Below, piece after piece: positions 13,775 through 25,900 of a DNA stretch of 64,000 nt (position 1 is the first letter of the stretch; the number at the start of each line of letters is the position of its first letter). The translations under genes were made by a program, and so were the position numbers. The DNA is taken from contig CM120648.1 of assembly GCA_051362555.1 (NCBI GenBank), positions 5,700,587 through 5,764,586 of the forward strand. The letters are read 5' to 3'. The notes below the pieces were generated by a model. That model made no database searches. It worked only from the letters and a program-made list of their open reading frames with translations, and was not told where the DNA came from. The stretch is from Lingula anatina (taxonomy: Eukaryota; Animalia; Brachiopoda).

Positions 13775-14428
13775 CATGTGAATACGTATATGTAAAAGGT
13801 AAATAAAAATTGTGTTGAATATATATCACATACTCTTTGATAAACCTGTTCACAGTCAGAGACATCACATATCATAAAGTCACAAGGAACTCCCAAAGCG
13901 GCCACTTCTGACGCTGTGACTTCCAATGACTCCAGAGAACGAGCCCACAAGATCACCTGAAAGGAAAATAAATATGTCACCGTGTTTTTTTTTTTAACTT
14001 CATTTATTTGATTAATCGAAATATCATAAACATTAAAACAATAAATACATTGTACGTACATGTATATTATGCATATACATTGTAGGCATACTGACGTTAT
14101 ACCATTATATACTGGTGCAATATTACGCTATATACAGATCCTCACTGATAGATTATCCAAAACAAACAAACAAACAAACAAACAAACAAACAGAGCGGAA
14201 GATCTGCAGCATATTTCAATGTCAGCCACGCACCTGTTTAGGGTGATACTTGGCAATCTCCAGGGCAATCTTCCTCCCTATCCCTCTCCCTCCGCCTGTT
14301 ATGAGGACCACATCATCCGCTATCGACTTCCTTGCCTGGCCCAGGACTCTGCCACGGAATGCACGACATACTGAGCAAAATATCAGCCAGAGAAGCCGTG
14401 GAAACGACGGCTTGTCTACATCAACCAT
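11803..14428 (-). CDS. Short-chain dehydrogenase/reductase, SDR16C family (RDH10/SDR16C5/DHRS3-like). Exons 14428-14234, 13956-13834, 13550-13410, 13063-12819, 12282-12157, 11887-11803; about 304 aa
   Basis: Motifs VLITGGGRGIG (NAD(P) binding), CDVS, LVNNAG, catalytic YSASK and HPYMV. All introns are GT-AG with compatible phases, and the summed CDS is 915 nt. Confidence 0.92.
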
Positions 14429-14818
14429 TGCGCTTTAAATAGGTCAACTCAATCAAGGTGAGAGCCGAGCGTGGGTCAACTTAACTGGGTCAAGCTACTG
14501 CATGTTTACTCAACTATCGCAATGCTGACTGTGTTGATGGCGCATTTTTAAAGAATGTCGAAACAAAAACAAACAAACATAGATCTACAAACAAACAAAC
14601 AAACAAATAAATAATAATGTTTTGAGGATGGGACAACTCAGACTTTTCCGCAAAATAGATGAAGGGCTGAGGGGGGGAGGGGGAGGCAAAATAAATTTTC
14701 GAGAGAAGGGGTTGCAAAATAAATAAATATTCGGGGGTAGGACTGGAACACAGATTTGAAGTAAAATATGTAAACTATGAATTTCGGTTTATTGCTTATT
14801 TCCAGAGTTGGGCATAGC

Positions 14819-15426
14819 CACCCTGAGCTTCAGAGATAACTTGACACTAACCTCTTCACTATAGCCTATCTTCATCGTGTCAAGTTACCTCTGACGAAAA
14901 TAGTTTGACCTAGTTTATATAAGCCAATCGAATCCATGTTTCAAAATTTTTCACCAAAGTTTGGTGAAAACGCTGATTGGTTGACCGTCAATCGGCAATC
15001 CTCGGCTGATTCCGCAAGCTCCATATATACTAACAACATAGTTATTGTCGAGTGCGGAGACATCCGAGTAGTTCCGAGTGCATAACCGTACACAAAGAAA
15101 GCATGGAGTATATCGGAATTGAAACCAGAGCAGTATGATGCCCTGCATAATTATCTACTGAGGGATGATGTATTTTGCGTGCTGCCCACAGGTTACGGCA
15201 AGTCCCTGATATTCAGCCTTATCTTTGATTGGTCCGGATTTGAACAAAGCGAGCTTTGACTCGTTCGCGTTCATTGGCTAGATCGTTCAATGAGTCATTG
15301 AGTGCGGGCTTTAAATTTGATTGGCGGGCGGCGGAAGCAATCGAATGTGGTCAGAGGTAACTTGACACGATGAAGATAGGCTATAGTGAAGAGGTTAGTG
15401 TCAAGTTATCTCTGAAGCTCAGGGTG
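14819..15426. mobile_element. Non-autonomous TIR DNA transposon carrying a RecQ-like helicase fragment (AcademH-like by content)
   Basis: 77-bp perfect TIRs (14819-14895 and 15350-15426) with CA...TG ends. 8-bp TSD GGCATAGC at 14811-14818 and 15427-15434. Internal 15116-15217 (+) translates to ELKPEQYDALHNYLLRDDVFCVLPTGYGKSLIF. Confidence 0.85.
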
Positions 15427-17817
15427 GGCATAGCGAGAATCTTTATATATTTTATGCTTTATGGCGGAAAATAATGACGGCTGGCGCTGTCGATAATTTC
15501 TTAGATCAATGCAGCACTGCAAGTGTGATTATGATGAAATTATATACTGTAAGTAGGCCTACCATAATGATAAATTGATCGTCTTTAGAAAAAGACAAAG
15601 GCCTACAGAGAGGCCATAATGATATTTACACATCAAAGGAAAACTATCCCGACAAATCGATTTTTCCTTTAAAAAGAATAATTTTCTCCCATTCACGAAT
15701 CATTGCTCGAACATTCCCCACATTTCGATTGGGGGTAGGCCTATTACCCTGCACTTCCATTGGAGGTTTTGTATTATTTCTAATTAGATTCTTCAGTTAT
15801 GAAAGGCTTAATTGTCAGGAATTTTTGACCGCCAAGCGTTCCTGTACATTCCAAAATAAAATATCAGCATCTGGTACTTTTATTCGTGCGGTTTTATTAT
15901 TTTTCTTTTATTCAATTATTTTTTAGGGATTACTAGGCAAGCTATAAATAGCTTTGCAGGTTATGTACTAGTAGGATAATGTGACTTTGGCATATTTTCA
16001 CATGCGGATGGTTTACGTTCTAGATAGACCCTACTACTTACTCACTTAGGCCCGTCGCCCAGAAATTATTAATTTTTAGTATATGCCTTGCTTCGGTACA
16101 GGAATAGAGTATATGAAGTCAAAGTTATGACTGACATCGGTAGATACCCAGAACGCACTTCAACATCTCAACTGAAAATTGCAAATTGACATTTTGAACT
16201 TATTTGGCTGGATTATTTCTGCTTCAAAAAAGCCAGCATTTGTCCGCCCGCGTAAATAAGCTAAAATTCCGACGTGGCTATTTGTTCAAAATCTGATGTG
16301 TCATCCGAATTCGTTGAATTCCAACTTCTTCATTTCACCTTGTTTCTGGGTGAAACGCACAGAAAGTGACGCGCAACGAACTCTGCTGCCATATCATTAT
16401 TTTAACTAGGCATGTTTGCGTGGATTAATTATAAGTGGCTTTCTCAAATTTTTGTAAAGGCCGTGACACAAACTAATTTAGGAATGCGACGTTATTTCGA
16501 ATTCAGAACACGCACCTTATACCTTCTTATTACTGGAGACCTATTTGCAATTGGTTCGAATTCAAAATGTCAATCTGATCGTGCCTATGAATCTGAATAT
16601 GCGTCTGTATTAAATAGTGCCTGGTTCACTGACTGCGTTCATCGCAAGGAATAAGGCCGTGACAAGGAAAGGATGAAAAAGAAGCACCGTGTCTCTAGAT
16701 CTGTTCTCTCTGTACAAAATGTATCTAGGTCATTTTGTCTCTTTACCGCACGCGCTTTACGGCAAGACAGTTAAGTTACAAGGCCTTTTCTACAAATGTT
16801 TAGTGTAAAAATCGTTCAAAAGGGATAAAGTACCTGCAATTTTTCAAATTTAAAACGATGTTGAAAAATACTATCGAAATAATTTCCATGGCGTTGATAT
16901 ATTGACCTTTTTTTTACAGGTTCAAGCTTTATTTAAACTCCCATTGAATTCGGGTTGTTTTTAAATTTTAATTTGTAAATTATACTTTAAAAAAAAGTCG
17001 TGAGTGGGTCTTATATCAATTTATTCAACATTTTTAAATGTAGTCAACAGGGATGTAACAAATGAAATATTCTTTTGTATCAGTTATGTTAATAGTAAGA
17101 AATGCTCTGGCAGCCATAAAATAAACAGATATCTTTGGTAGATATGCCTTGAATCTATTTATGAACATCAAAAATGAAATAGAACAAATTGATAAAAAAC
17201 TTATTTAAATGAATCGCAGCATTAAGATTTGACCAAAAAGCAGCTATCGAGCATAAATATGTGTATTATCTATCTATTATTAAGCACGCTTCGAAAACAC
17301 TAGCAAACCATCAAAAGTTTAACTAAAGAAGTCACACACTTGAAGTCATTACTTTCAGATTTCTAGAGTATATATGATGTAATATAATATAATATAGTTT
17401 CCAATTCTTATGAGTATTAATTACTTTTTAAACTGTACTTACTAACATTCTTGTTATTATATATAGGTATGTACGGGTTCCCACATTCTCATAAGTTAAT
17501 AATTTTTAAAAACTGTACTTACTAACAAAAACTGTACTTACTAACATTCTTGTTAAATTGACAGATGCCAGTGCATGACACAAAAGGAATCTTAGGTTAT
17601 TTGTTCAGATGAAAGTCACATACTTCATAATGCATTATACAAACTACAACGTATATTTCTGTGCATTTCCTGTGTAAATATTTCAAAATTTCAAAATTAA
17701 GGCAAATGTCTGTGTTACGCACACACAGAGTCTCAGATAAAGACATTAGAGTACTGAAAACACGTTTTGTCTCAGATAAGGACATTAGAGTACTGAAGAC
17801 ACGTTTTGCCTCAAAGC

Positions 17818-17820
<3 letters not shown>

Positions 17821-17884
<64 letters not shown>
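17821..17884. repeat. (AT)n microsatellite
   Basis: Direct reading of the sequence. Confidence 0.95.
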
Positions 17885-17887
<3 letters not shown>

Positions 17888-18459
17888 TGTTGAAATAAAT
17901 GCTGGAGCATGCAGAGCGACATGTATCTGTGGTTTAAGTAACATAATGAGAAGGCGCCATAAGAAATACAGACAGGTGTGTGCCAAGGCTTGTAACAAAG
18001 AGTGCCACATTGTTTGAAATCAATCCTTCCCTTGTCAATGATTTTCTTATTAGTAATAATTGAAATGTCTACATGCTCGTCTTTTTTCCATACAGGTTTG
18101 TTGTGTACTCTATTGCCACACAAGGTTTTCTCACTTTTATCTTTTTTTTCTATATAAGTATGCAAAGATCAAAGACACCCCCCCCCCAAAAAAAAAAGGA
18201 ACAAAAAATGAAAAAAGAGTGCGCCATTGAATAAGAAAATAAAACTAGACGTACGAAATTTACGCACTTTTTTTAAAGAATGCTTTCATAGCAATTGTGC
18301 TTATCAACTAAGCAAGTGTCAAATGAAAATCGGCTGAAAAGTAGTGAACGAAAGGTAAATCATATTGTATCTACAATGGTGGATAAACGTTTTAAACAAT
18401 TAAAAAGATGCAAAGACAACTAGATGTATTAATAAGACGAAAACGAGCACCATGTCTTC

Positions 18460-18960
18460 TACTGTTATTAATGCAAACCCACGACCACTATATATATAAC
18501 GCTACTACTTAAGCAGCCATAACTTCTACTGTTGCTTCTGCATATACAACGATTCCTAGTGCTGCTACTGCGAAAGTGCAAAAAGCACGGCCGCTTTGGT
18601 ACTACAGCTACTGCGAAAGCAACACATTCTACTGCCACTGGTGCAAAAACCAATACTGCTACTGCTACTACTGCTTCTGCAAAAGCCACACCCTCTACTG
18701 CTACTGATGCAAAAGGAAACGCTGCTATCGCTGCTAGAGCTTATGCGAAAAACGTGCGAATTCTACCGCTACTGGTGCAAAACCCACGGCTATTATTGCT
18801 ACTGCTGTTGCCGTGGACGCTATAATGATTATAGTTATAATGTCTGCTAATGTTGCTGGAGAAAAAACTTTGCTACTGCCACTACTGCTCTTGCTACTGC
18901 TAAAAAAGAACCGTTGCCACCACAGGCTATATAATGATCCTGTAATTGCTGCTTCCGTGG
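18460..18960. repeat. Degenerate (CTA/CTG/ACT)n low-complexity tract
   Basis: Recurrent gctactgctactact units; gives spurious Thr/Ala- and Leu-rich ORFs. Confidence 0.7.
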
Positions 18961-19361
18961 CCCTCCTGCCCCTCCTAATGCCACTGTTTTAGATACTGCT
19001 GATATAGTGTTAGGTTTATACTACACGCTCCACTCTCTTCTTCTGTTCATTCGTGTGCTTTTCCCTGTATCAATCACTTTATTTTGCTGCTGCTATAGTA
19101 AAGCGATCTCTTGACGTCACGCAATTTTTCTCTTCAACGGCTATAAGCTATTAGCAAAATTAGTAAAGCGAAAACTTGGTCTTACGCCACTTTTCTTTCG
19201 CGACGGATGCCAAATATGCGATGTTTAAAAACTCTAAAATATTCTCATATTAGCAAAAATAAAAGAAGCATGTATAATTGATATTTGATTGACCGTCGCC
19301 GCACTCAAGCCAAATCAACTCAACACAGTTTTTCTCCATATCCCAAATTTTCTATCGCTGT

Positions 19362-20894
19362 TTACTGCCAAGCAGCTAGTCCGATCTTCTCCCACGCAGA
19401 TTTTCCGATGTTAAGAAAAGACAACCACAAGGGCATGCCATCCTTGGCCACGATTTTGTTGATCCAAGGCGCCATTTTGTACAGGAACCACACAGGCTGT
19501 AGAAGGCGATGGGCCCAGACTGGTGAGAAAGCCTCAGTGTAGCACGATGCCAGGACGCCGTTCACAATAATGGTGCCGCACCTGGTGTGAGGGTTGTATA
19601 GCCCTTGCAAAGTCTCCATCTTGATTTTAGTAACGGCCGAAAACTCCATGGTTCCATTTTCTGGAATGTAGGTGTATAGGTCATCGTCGATTTGCACATC
19701 CCTGGCGGGTACCATCGCCATCTTCCCATCTTGACCTTTGACATACAGGTAGTGACCCGGGCTGATGGATAGATGTTTTTGGTTCTCAGTCGTGAACACA
19801 AGGAAGGAAGTCTCTGTATTGGGATCAGCGTGACCAAACATGAAGATCTCTTGATAGTCCAGTGTGCCGTCTGGCAGAACAACTTGGACTTTATCTCCGT
19901 GCTGCAGAAGCTCCATTTTCAAAATGTCTCCAGAGGCAACGATGCAAGAAGCATCTTTTGGGAAACATTCTTCAGATTCACGGAGCTGTCGTCTAACTTC
20001 GGGGGTCACTTCATCCAAAATTCTATCTTTTATGTGTCTGGGAAATTTATTGTACTTTCGGATCAAGTTTCCTGTTGGCAAGTCGGTAAAAATCTTCAGC
20101 AATGATTTTATGTCTCTTTCCGACTGTTCTAAATCTGCTTGATACTTGACGGAGAGACTTGTTTCTTTTTCTAAAGCTCTCTGCTTTGCCTGCGCTACCC
20201 GCTTTGCCTCCTTAAGCTCCCTTTCCAACTTTCGGAGGGCTTCTTCTGCCTTCAAGAATAAATAATTTGTGTAGCATGCACCTTTGTTCTGTGCTACCAA
20301 TTTTTGGGCTTCATACAGCAGTTTCCTTCTTTCATTTTCTAAGTCTTTTCCTGGATTGGCTAGATTGTTACAGAATATGAATCTACTGCCACATTTTTCA
20401 AAAAGTACCTGGAATTCGGTTATTTGGATATTTGTCATATAATCAATTTCATTTGGGGTAATTTGGGGTCTAATTTGCAGGTGTTTTTCGTACACATCAG
20501 CATAAGTAATTACAATGATAACAAACCTATACATATCTGGACCGAACAGTTTTTCTACTTGATCAACGACGGCCGCCTCTTCCTTTGTAAATTTTTCGCT
20601 GTATTTCAAGACAAATAGTATAACATGGTAACCTTCAGGAGACAAAAGTACCGCTGAAGATATTTCATCGACAAGTTCTTTTTGGGTCATTGCGGTATCG
20701 AAAATCCCCGGGGTATCCACAACAGACAAGGTGTAGTATCTGTACCGGCATTCCCCCTTTTCACACTTCCTTGTGGTTGATTCTTGGCCAACACCGCATT
20801 TGAAGGCATTTAAATCGTTGAGTAAGGTGCACCCAAGGCTACTTTTTCCATGCCCTGTTTTTCCAAGGAGGAGGATATTAAAAGGGTTTTCCAC
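19362..20894 (-). CDS. Terminal exon: AIG1/GIMAP GTPase + coiled coil + Hog domain (Hint + sterol-recognition region) fusion, 510 codons
   Basis: Acceptor ttttcag|GTG at 20894. GTPase motifs: G1 LLLGKTGHGKSS, G2 STT, G3 VVDTPGIFDT, conserved box SPEGYHVILFVL..EKFTKEE, G4 TYAD, G5 FCNN. Heptad-like EEALRKLERELKEAKR. Hog motifs: CFPKDA (Cys codon 19967-19965), LSISPGHYLYV, ARDVQIDD, GLYNPHTRCGTIIVNGVLASCY, AHRLLQP, GMPLWLSFL. Confidence 0.93.
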   Translation of the reverse strand: MENPFNILLLGKTGHGKSSLGCTLLNDLNAFKCGVGQESTTRKCEKGECRYRYYTLSVVDTPGIFDTAMTQKELVDEISSAVLLSPEGYHVILFVLKYSEKFTKEEAAVVDQVEKLFGPDMYRFVIIVITYADVYEKHLQIRPQITPNEIDYMTNIQITEFQVLFEKCGSRFIFCNNLANPGKDLENERRKLLYEAQKLVAQNKGACYTNYLFLKAEEALRKLERELKEAKRVAQAKQRALEKETSLSVKYQADLEQSERDIKSLLKIFTDLPTGNLIRKYNKFPRHIKDRILDEVTPEVRRQLRESEECFPKDASCIVASGDILKMELLQHGDKVQVVLPDGTLDYQEIFMFGHADPNTETSFLVFTTENQKHLSISPGHYLYVKGQDGKMAMVPARDVQIDDDLYTYIPENGTMEFSAVTKIKMETLQGLYNPHTRCGTIIVNGVLASCYTEAFSPVWAHRLLQPVWFLYKMAPWINKIVAKDGMPLWLSFLNIGKSAWEKIGLAAWQ

Positions 20895-22411
20895 CTGAAA
20901 ATATAATGGAAGTTACCCTGCACATTTGATTTAAGTATTTGAGCGTGTAATTAAGGGTACTGTCATTAAACTTCCGAAAATGGCATTATGCGAGCATGTA
21001 ATAATCCAATTATTTACCATTTTGCTAATACAAAACAATAAAACAATAAAAAGCCCTTTAAAAACATAAAATATCGGCTTTCATGCTTCTCTTTGCTAAA
21101 CGTTGCCACCTCAGAAGTTTATCGTCATTTTAACAGCTTTCTATTTTGAGGTAAGGCAACAATGATATGGGGCATACATTCATCCAGATCTTTTCACAAA
21201 GATTGGCATAAGCGACGACAAGTGCATGGGCTTCAATCTACTGCAGTCATTTTGGTTGAAATATTTTTTGTCATGGAGTAATGAGACACAAATTAAAATG
21301 ATTCATTAAACAAAGGTATTATATTGCCTTTTAAGATAAAATCTGAACCAAGGCTACTACGCAAAATCTGACAGGGTTTTCAAGTGCTCAATAGTGTCAT
21401 GAAATTGGAGTTAAAAGGTGTTCATGAGTGTTCAGGTAAAGGAGAAATTTGAGAAACCAATTTTGAATTTTTACCACAATCATCGTCATCGGTAAAATTA
21501 AATTTATGTAAATATAAGGGAATTAAGTCAGTGGACACTGAAGATTCATCCATTTTTAAAACATGTACGTAAAGACAGAAATTAATGAGTCTTTGTCTAA
21601 CCCTGACATCGCCCTTAAGGAGGCTTTCTCATATCTTGGAAACACACGATCTGCCAAAGCGATTTTGATGGAGATTGCAAAACAAAATCTTCAGACCAAA
21701 TGAGTAGAATAGTAAAAAATAGGTCGTTTTCCAGAAGAACGTCACTTTTATTACATTGTGTTATTAGTGTATTGGGATTTTGCCAAAATGGTCCTAATCG
21801 GTAATCCTGTTCCAGCAATTTCAATCTTATGTGGATATGCTATAGTTCTTGGTAGAAATAAAAAATTAACAAAATAATATTTACTACATGTACCTGTTTT
21901 TTAGAGGGGGCTACTAGAAGATGCATTTCTGTTGGTTTTAACAAGGATAAATGTGGATTGCTTAGAATATTCTGTATCAGTAACTTTATAGCTGATTTTG
22001 CTTTAATGAAAATGGCATTTTCACTTTTATGTACCAGTCATCCAAATCATATACATTTGAACATCCCATTAATAAGAAATGGGTATTTGGATATTGATTT
22101 TTGGAGTTGATTTCAAAGCTCTTTGTAATGCCGCCACCTTGTTGTATTTTGCAGCAGTAAGTTTTGAGCCTTAATTTTTAGTAAAGCTTTTCTAAAATTT
22201 TTTTTAATGTAATAAGCACTAAAATAACGGTAAAGGGAAATTAAAAAGCGAAGGGTGGCATGACAATTATCTAAATGTTAAGTTCGCCTAATAATCACCT
22301 CAATCATACAAAGATTTGTGTGACAGCTTACTTATAAAGATTCTGTATTTCCGAATTTTCTTTACTCCATTAAGCTACCGGTAGGTTTATTTTATTTTTG
22401 ATTTTACTTAC

Positions 22412-22716
22412 TTGTGGTGGTGAGTGCTGCATGTCTTGGTCCTGACAAGCCCGCTGTGGTACAAAGACAGATGCCGAAGAAATGTGCGAACTATGTCTAT
22501 GTGCGTAAGATTCCGTATGCACACTCCTCGCTTCAGAAGAAGAACAGTTACTTGCGTCTCTATGAGGCGGGATCCTAACCTGTTCGACTTGAACATCAAA
22601 TGGGAGACCTGCCGGCACGGATTTAATGTACCTCTTTTTTGCTTCCCATAGAAAAGAGTCACCAGGTACGTGCTCAATTATCGGTGATGCTAACGAGGGA
22701 GATAAATCCAATTTAT
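22412..22716 (-). CDS. Internal Ser/His-rich linker exon of the GIMAP-Hog gene
   Basis: Acceptor gtatttcag|AT (phase 1) and donor CAA|GTAAGT (phase 0). The frame is open (KLDLSPSLASPIIE...MQHSPPQ). Phases join the 26937-26724 exon to the 20894 exon. Confidence 0.65.
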
Positions 22717-22950
22717 CTGAAATACAGCAATAAACTGATTTAAGTATACTGCACTGGTATATCCGATCTGAAGAAATGGTGTTGTAAGCCAGTTTGTAAA
22801 ACATATTCAATAAAATACATTTGCCTTCATTTATCATTATGAGGTTTAATTACTTAATATTTACAAGAATGGAAAGATTTAATAAATAAAAATAAGCAAG
22901 TGCAAAGTCTAGGAAAAAGCACACAAAGTCACTGAGCAAATGAGTAAAAT

Positions 22951-25900
22951 AACAAGGCAGCAAAGCTGTCTTATGTACAGACAAAAAGCGGACAATAACA
23001 ATGCGCAAAATAGGCTACTGTCAATTCTGAGACCAACTGACATTATGCTTAACTGCAAATTCTACATCAGATTTTATTATGCTCAACAGGTAATACCAAT
23101 GTAGGTAAAATGTGTAAGAAGCATAAGGCTTCAGGCCCATGGGAGTTCAAGTTCACACTTTGAAAATTCCAGAATGAGAAAAATGAAAATTTCACACAAA
23201 ATTGCATAAATTCAATAATAAATGATAACCCAATTGAGCTGGCTTTCTAATTTGAACTGCATGCCAATGCTAAAAATCATACTCGTAAGTTAAAAATAAT
23301 AATAAGTAACACAGTTTTCTTTTCATAATGTTTGTAGTAGCAGTGCAAAAAGATTTTTGTTGATTTAACATTACATAATAAATCACAGAAGAATTATCAC
23401 CAATTTTTTATTATTGGCTATAAATAGCATGGACATGTAGAAAATTTGATTACCATTTGGCTTCATGTCCATGGGAGCTCTGAGTCCCACAATCAATATG
23501 CCAATACAATAAAAATGAATATTTCACTAAAATGTATAACTTCCAGAAAAAGAAGCCAATTAAACTGCTTTTCCAACTCAGGCTGCATTTTAGTCCTGTG
23601 TGTCTTTTTTTGAAAGTTTGACAATCATAAGTAACATAGTTTTCTCATAATGGTCATCATGGCAACAACACCCACAATTAATTGTGTTTTCTTCTATTTT
23701 GATGCAATATTACATAATGCTTAACTACATAGTGACCATCAATTTTAAATGATAAAATATATGTATCATGGATTTTCAGAAAATGTTACTGGGTCTTCAA
23801 GCCCATGGAGGTTCTTAGTCACACCTTGAAAATGCCAATATGTGAAAAATTAAATTTTCACAAGAAAACTGTTTAACTGCCAGAAAAATTTACAAAACAG
23901 ATTGCATTGTCTACTGAAGCTGTATTTTAGTCCCATGTTTCTTTTCTGTAAGTTTGAGAACAATAAGTGACATGGTTTTCCTTAAATGGTTATCATGGGA
24001 GCAGTGCCCAAAATAGGGGTTTCTTCAAATTTTGATGCAATATTACATAATGTTGAACAGCATAACGACCATCAATTTTTAATAATTAAATATTAGTATC
24101 ATGGATATTCAGAAAATGTGACTAGCAAAGGTCTTCAGGCCCATGGAACTTCAAAGTCACACCTTGAAAATGCCAAAATATAAACAAGACAGCACTGTTC
24201 TGAAATGTTTTTTTTTTTTTCATTTTTAACAATTTTTAACATAAAACAAAATTAACAGTTTACTGCCATTTTATATGATCAACTGAAAAAAGTGATGAGA
24301 TGGGAAAAATATCAATAGATCAGTGTTAAATGTCCAATTTCCTCCATTCCGGGAATCTTGAACATAGTGAATGATTCAATCTGACAAACTGCAATGATAT
24401 GAGTTTATTTCCATTTTTTAAACTTTATGTTATAGTGAAGAAATGACAACAGCAGTTTGGAGCTTTGAAACGTTTATTCACCAACTCTTCTTTCATACAA
24501 CTTCACAAATATTTATACTCAATTTTTCCGTACTGATCACGCACTTACTTGTTTTCTTTTCCATTGTCTTTGCGTGATTACAAAATATTTTCCATTCGCA
24601 TGTTGCAAGTCACTATGCAACATTTCCTTATAAGGTAATCCCTAAGAGACTTGTTTTCAATTAAAGATATCTAAGATATTATTTGGATTACTCATACTTG
24701 GACCTTATCCAAAACTCAGTTATCATTTGATAAATAGATGATCAAAATTAAAATATGTTATGAAATTGACCAATCACATTAACTGTTACTGACTTTGACC
24801 TTTTCCATCTTTTTCTGACACCAAAAACATGTTCTACACTTGTTGGCTCTTGGAAAAACTTAATTTACACTCAATTACTCCCTGTCCTTTTACTCTTTTG
24901 ATTCCGCTTTAATTGTTATCTGTAATTAGTGAAAGTGTAAGTAATTTGCTTTACCACATATATTACACAATACACGATAACAAGTTTACCACCATTTTTA
25001 TAAAATCAACTAACAATGTTGTAAAGATGCAGGAAATGTCAACCAAACACTTTTTTATATTTTCTAGTTAAATAATGAGACTGTTAACATGCCTAGGAAT
25101 TGAGTCTGAGGAAATGTGAAGAAAAAAACAGCATAACTTCTACAATAATGACCCGATTATGCTATTTTTGGAACTCAACCTTCGTTTTAGCAAGATTGAC
25201 CACTCCTGTGAGTTTCATGACAATTGGCTTATCTGTTTTTCTTATATTGTGTTTACAGTGTTGCATATATGCTGAAAAGTGAAAACAAGACAGCACTGTT
25301 CTGAAATGTTTTTTTCTATTTTTAACAACTTTTTAACATAAAACAACAGTTTACTGCCATTTTTATATGATCAACTAAGAAAAGTGATGAGATGGTAAAA
25401 ATATCAATAGAACAGTGTAATGTCCAATTTCCTCCTTTCTGAAATTCTGAACATAGTGAAAGATTCAATCTGACAAACTGCAATGATATGAGTTTATTTC
25501 CATTTTTGAAACTCTATTACACAATACACAATAACAAGTTTACCATCATTTTTAACCAATCAACTAACAATGTTGTAAAGATGCAGGAAATGTCAAACAC
25601 TTTTACGAATCTTATTTGTTAAATAATGAGACTGTTAACATGCCTAAGAATTGAATCTGAGGAAATGTGAAAAAACAGCTTAACTTCTAAAATAATGGCC
25701 CAATTATGCTGATTTTCGAACTCAACCTGCGATTTAGCAAGATTGAACACTCCTGTGAGTTTCATGACAATTGGCTTATCTGTTTTCTTATATTGTGTTT
25801 ACAGTGTTGCATATATACTGAAAAGTGAAAAAACGGCATAACTACTAAAATAGTGGCCCGAACATGCCGATTTTCAAACTTGACCTGCGTTTTAGTAAGA

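Noticed and set aside
18468-18850. Thr/Ala-rich ORF (TTATAKATHSTATGAK), antifreeze- or mucin-like
   Set aside because: It arises from a degenerate trinucleotide tract open in several frames, with no convincing start or splice context.
19362-19967. Hedgehog gene or true self-splicing intein
   Set aside because: There is no Hedge domain or signal peptide, and no C-terminal His-Asn plus extein nucleophile or homing endonuclease. The domain is Hog-type.
11803-20894. Functional link between the sterol/retinoid-type SDR and the neighbouring sterol-transferring Hog protein
   Set aside because: Adjacency in an animal genome is weak evidence, and nothing in the sequence indicates co-regulation.
24549-24641. 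Apparent phase-0 exon on the - strand (GLPYKEMLHSDLQHANGKYFVITQRQWKRKQ) inside the GIMAP-Hog intron
   Set aside because: The phase is incompatible with the flanking exons, it lies inside the Helentron-like element, and a diverged copy occurs at ~55810-55890 (+), so it is a dispersed repeat.
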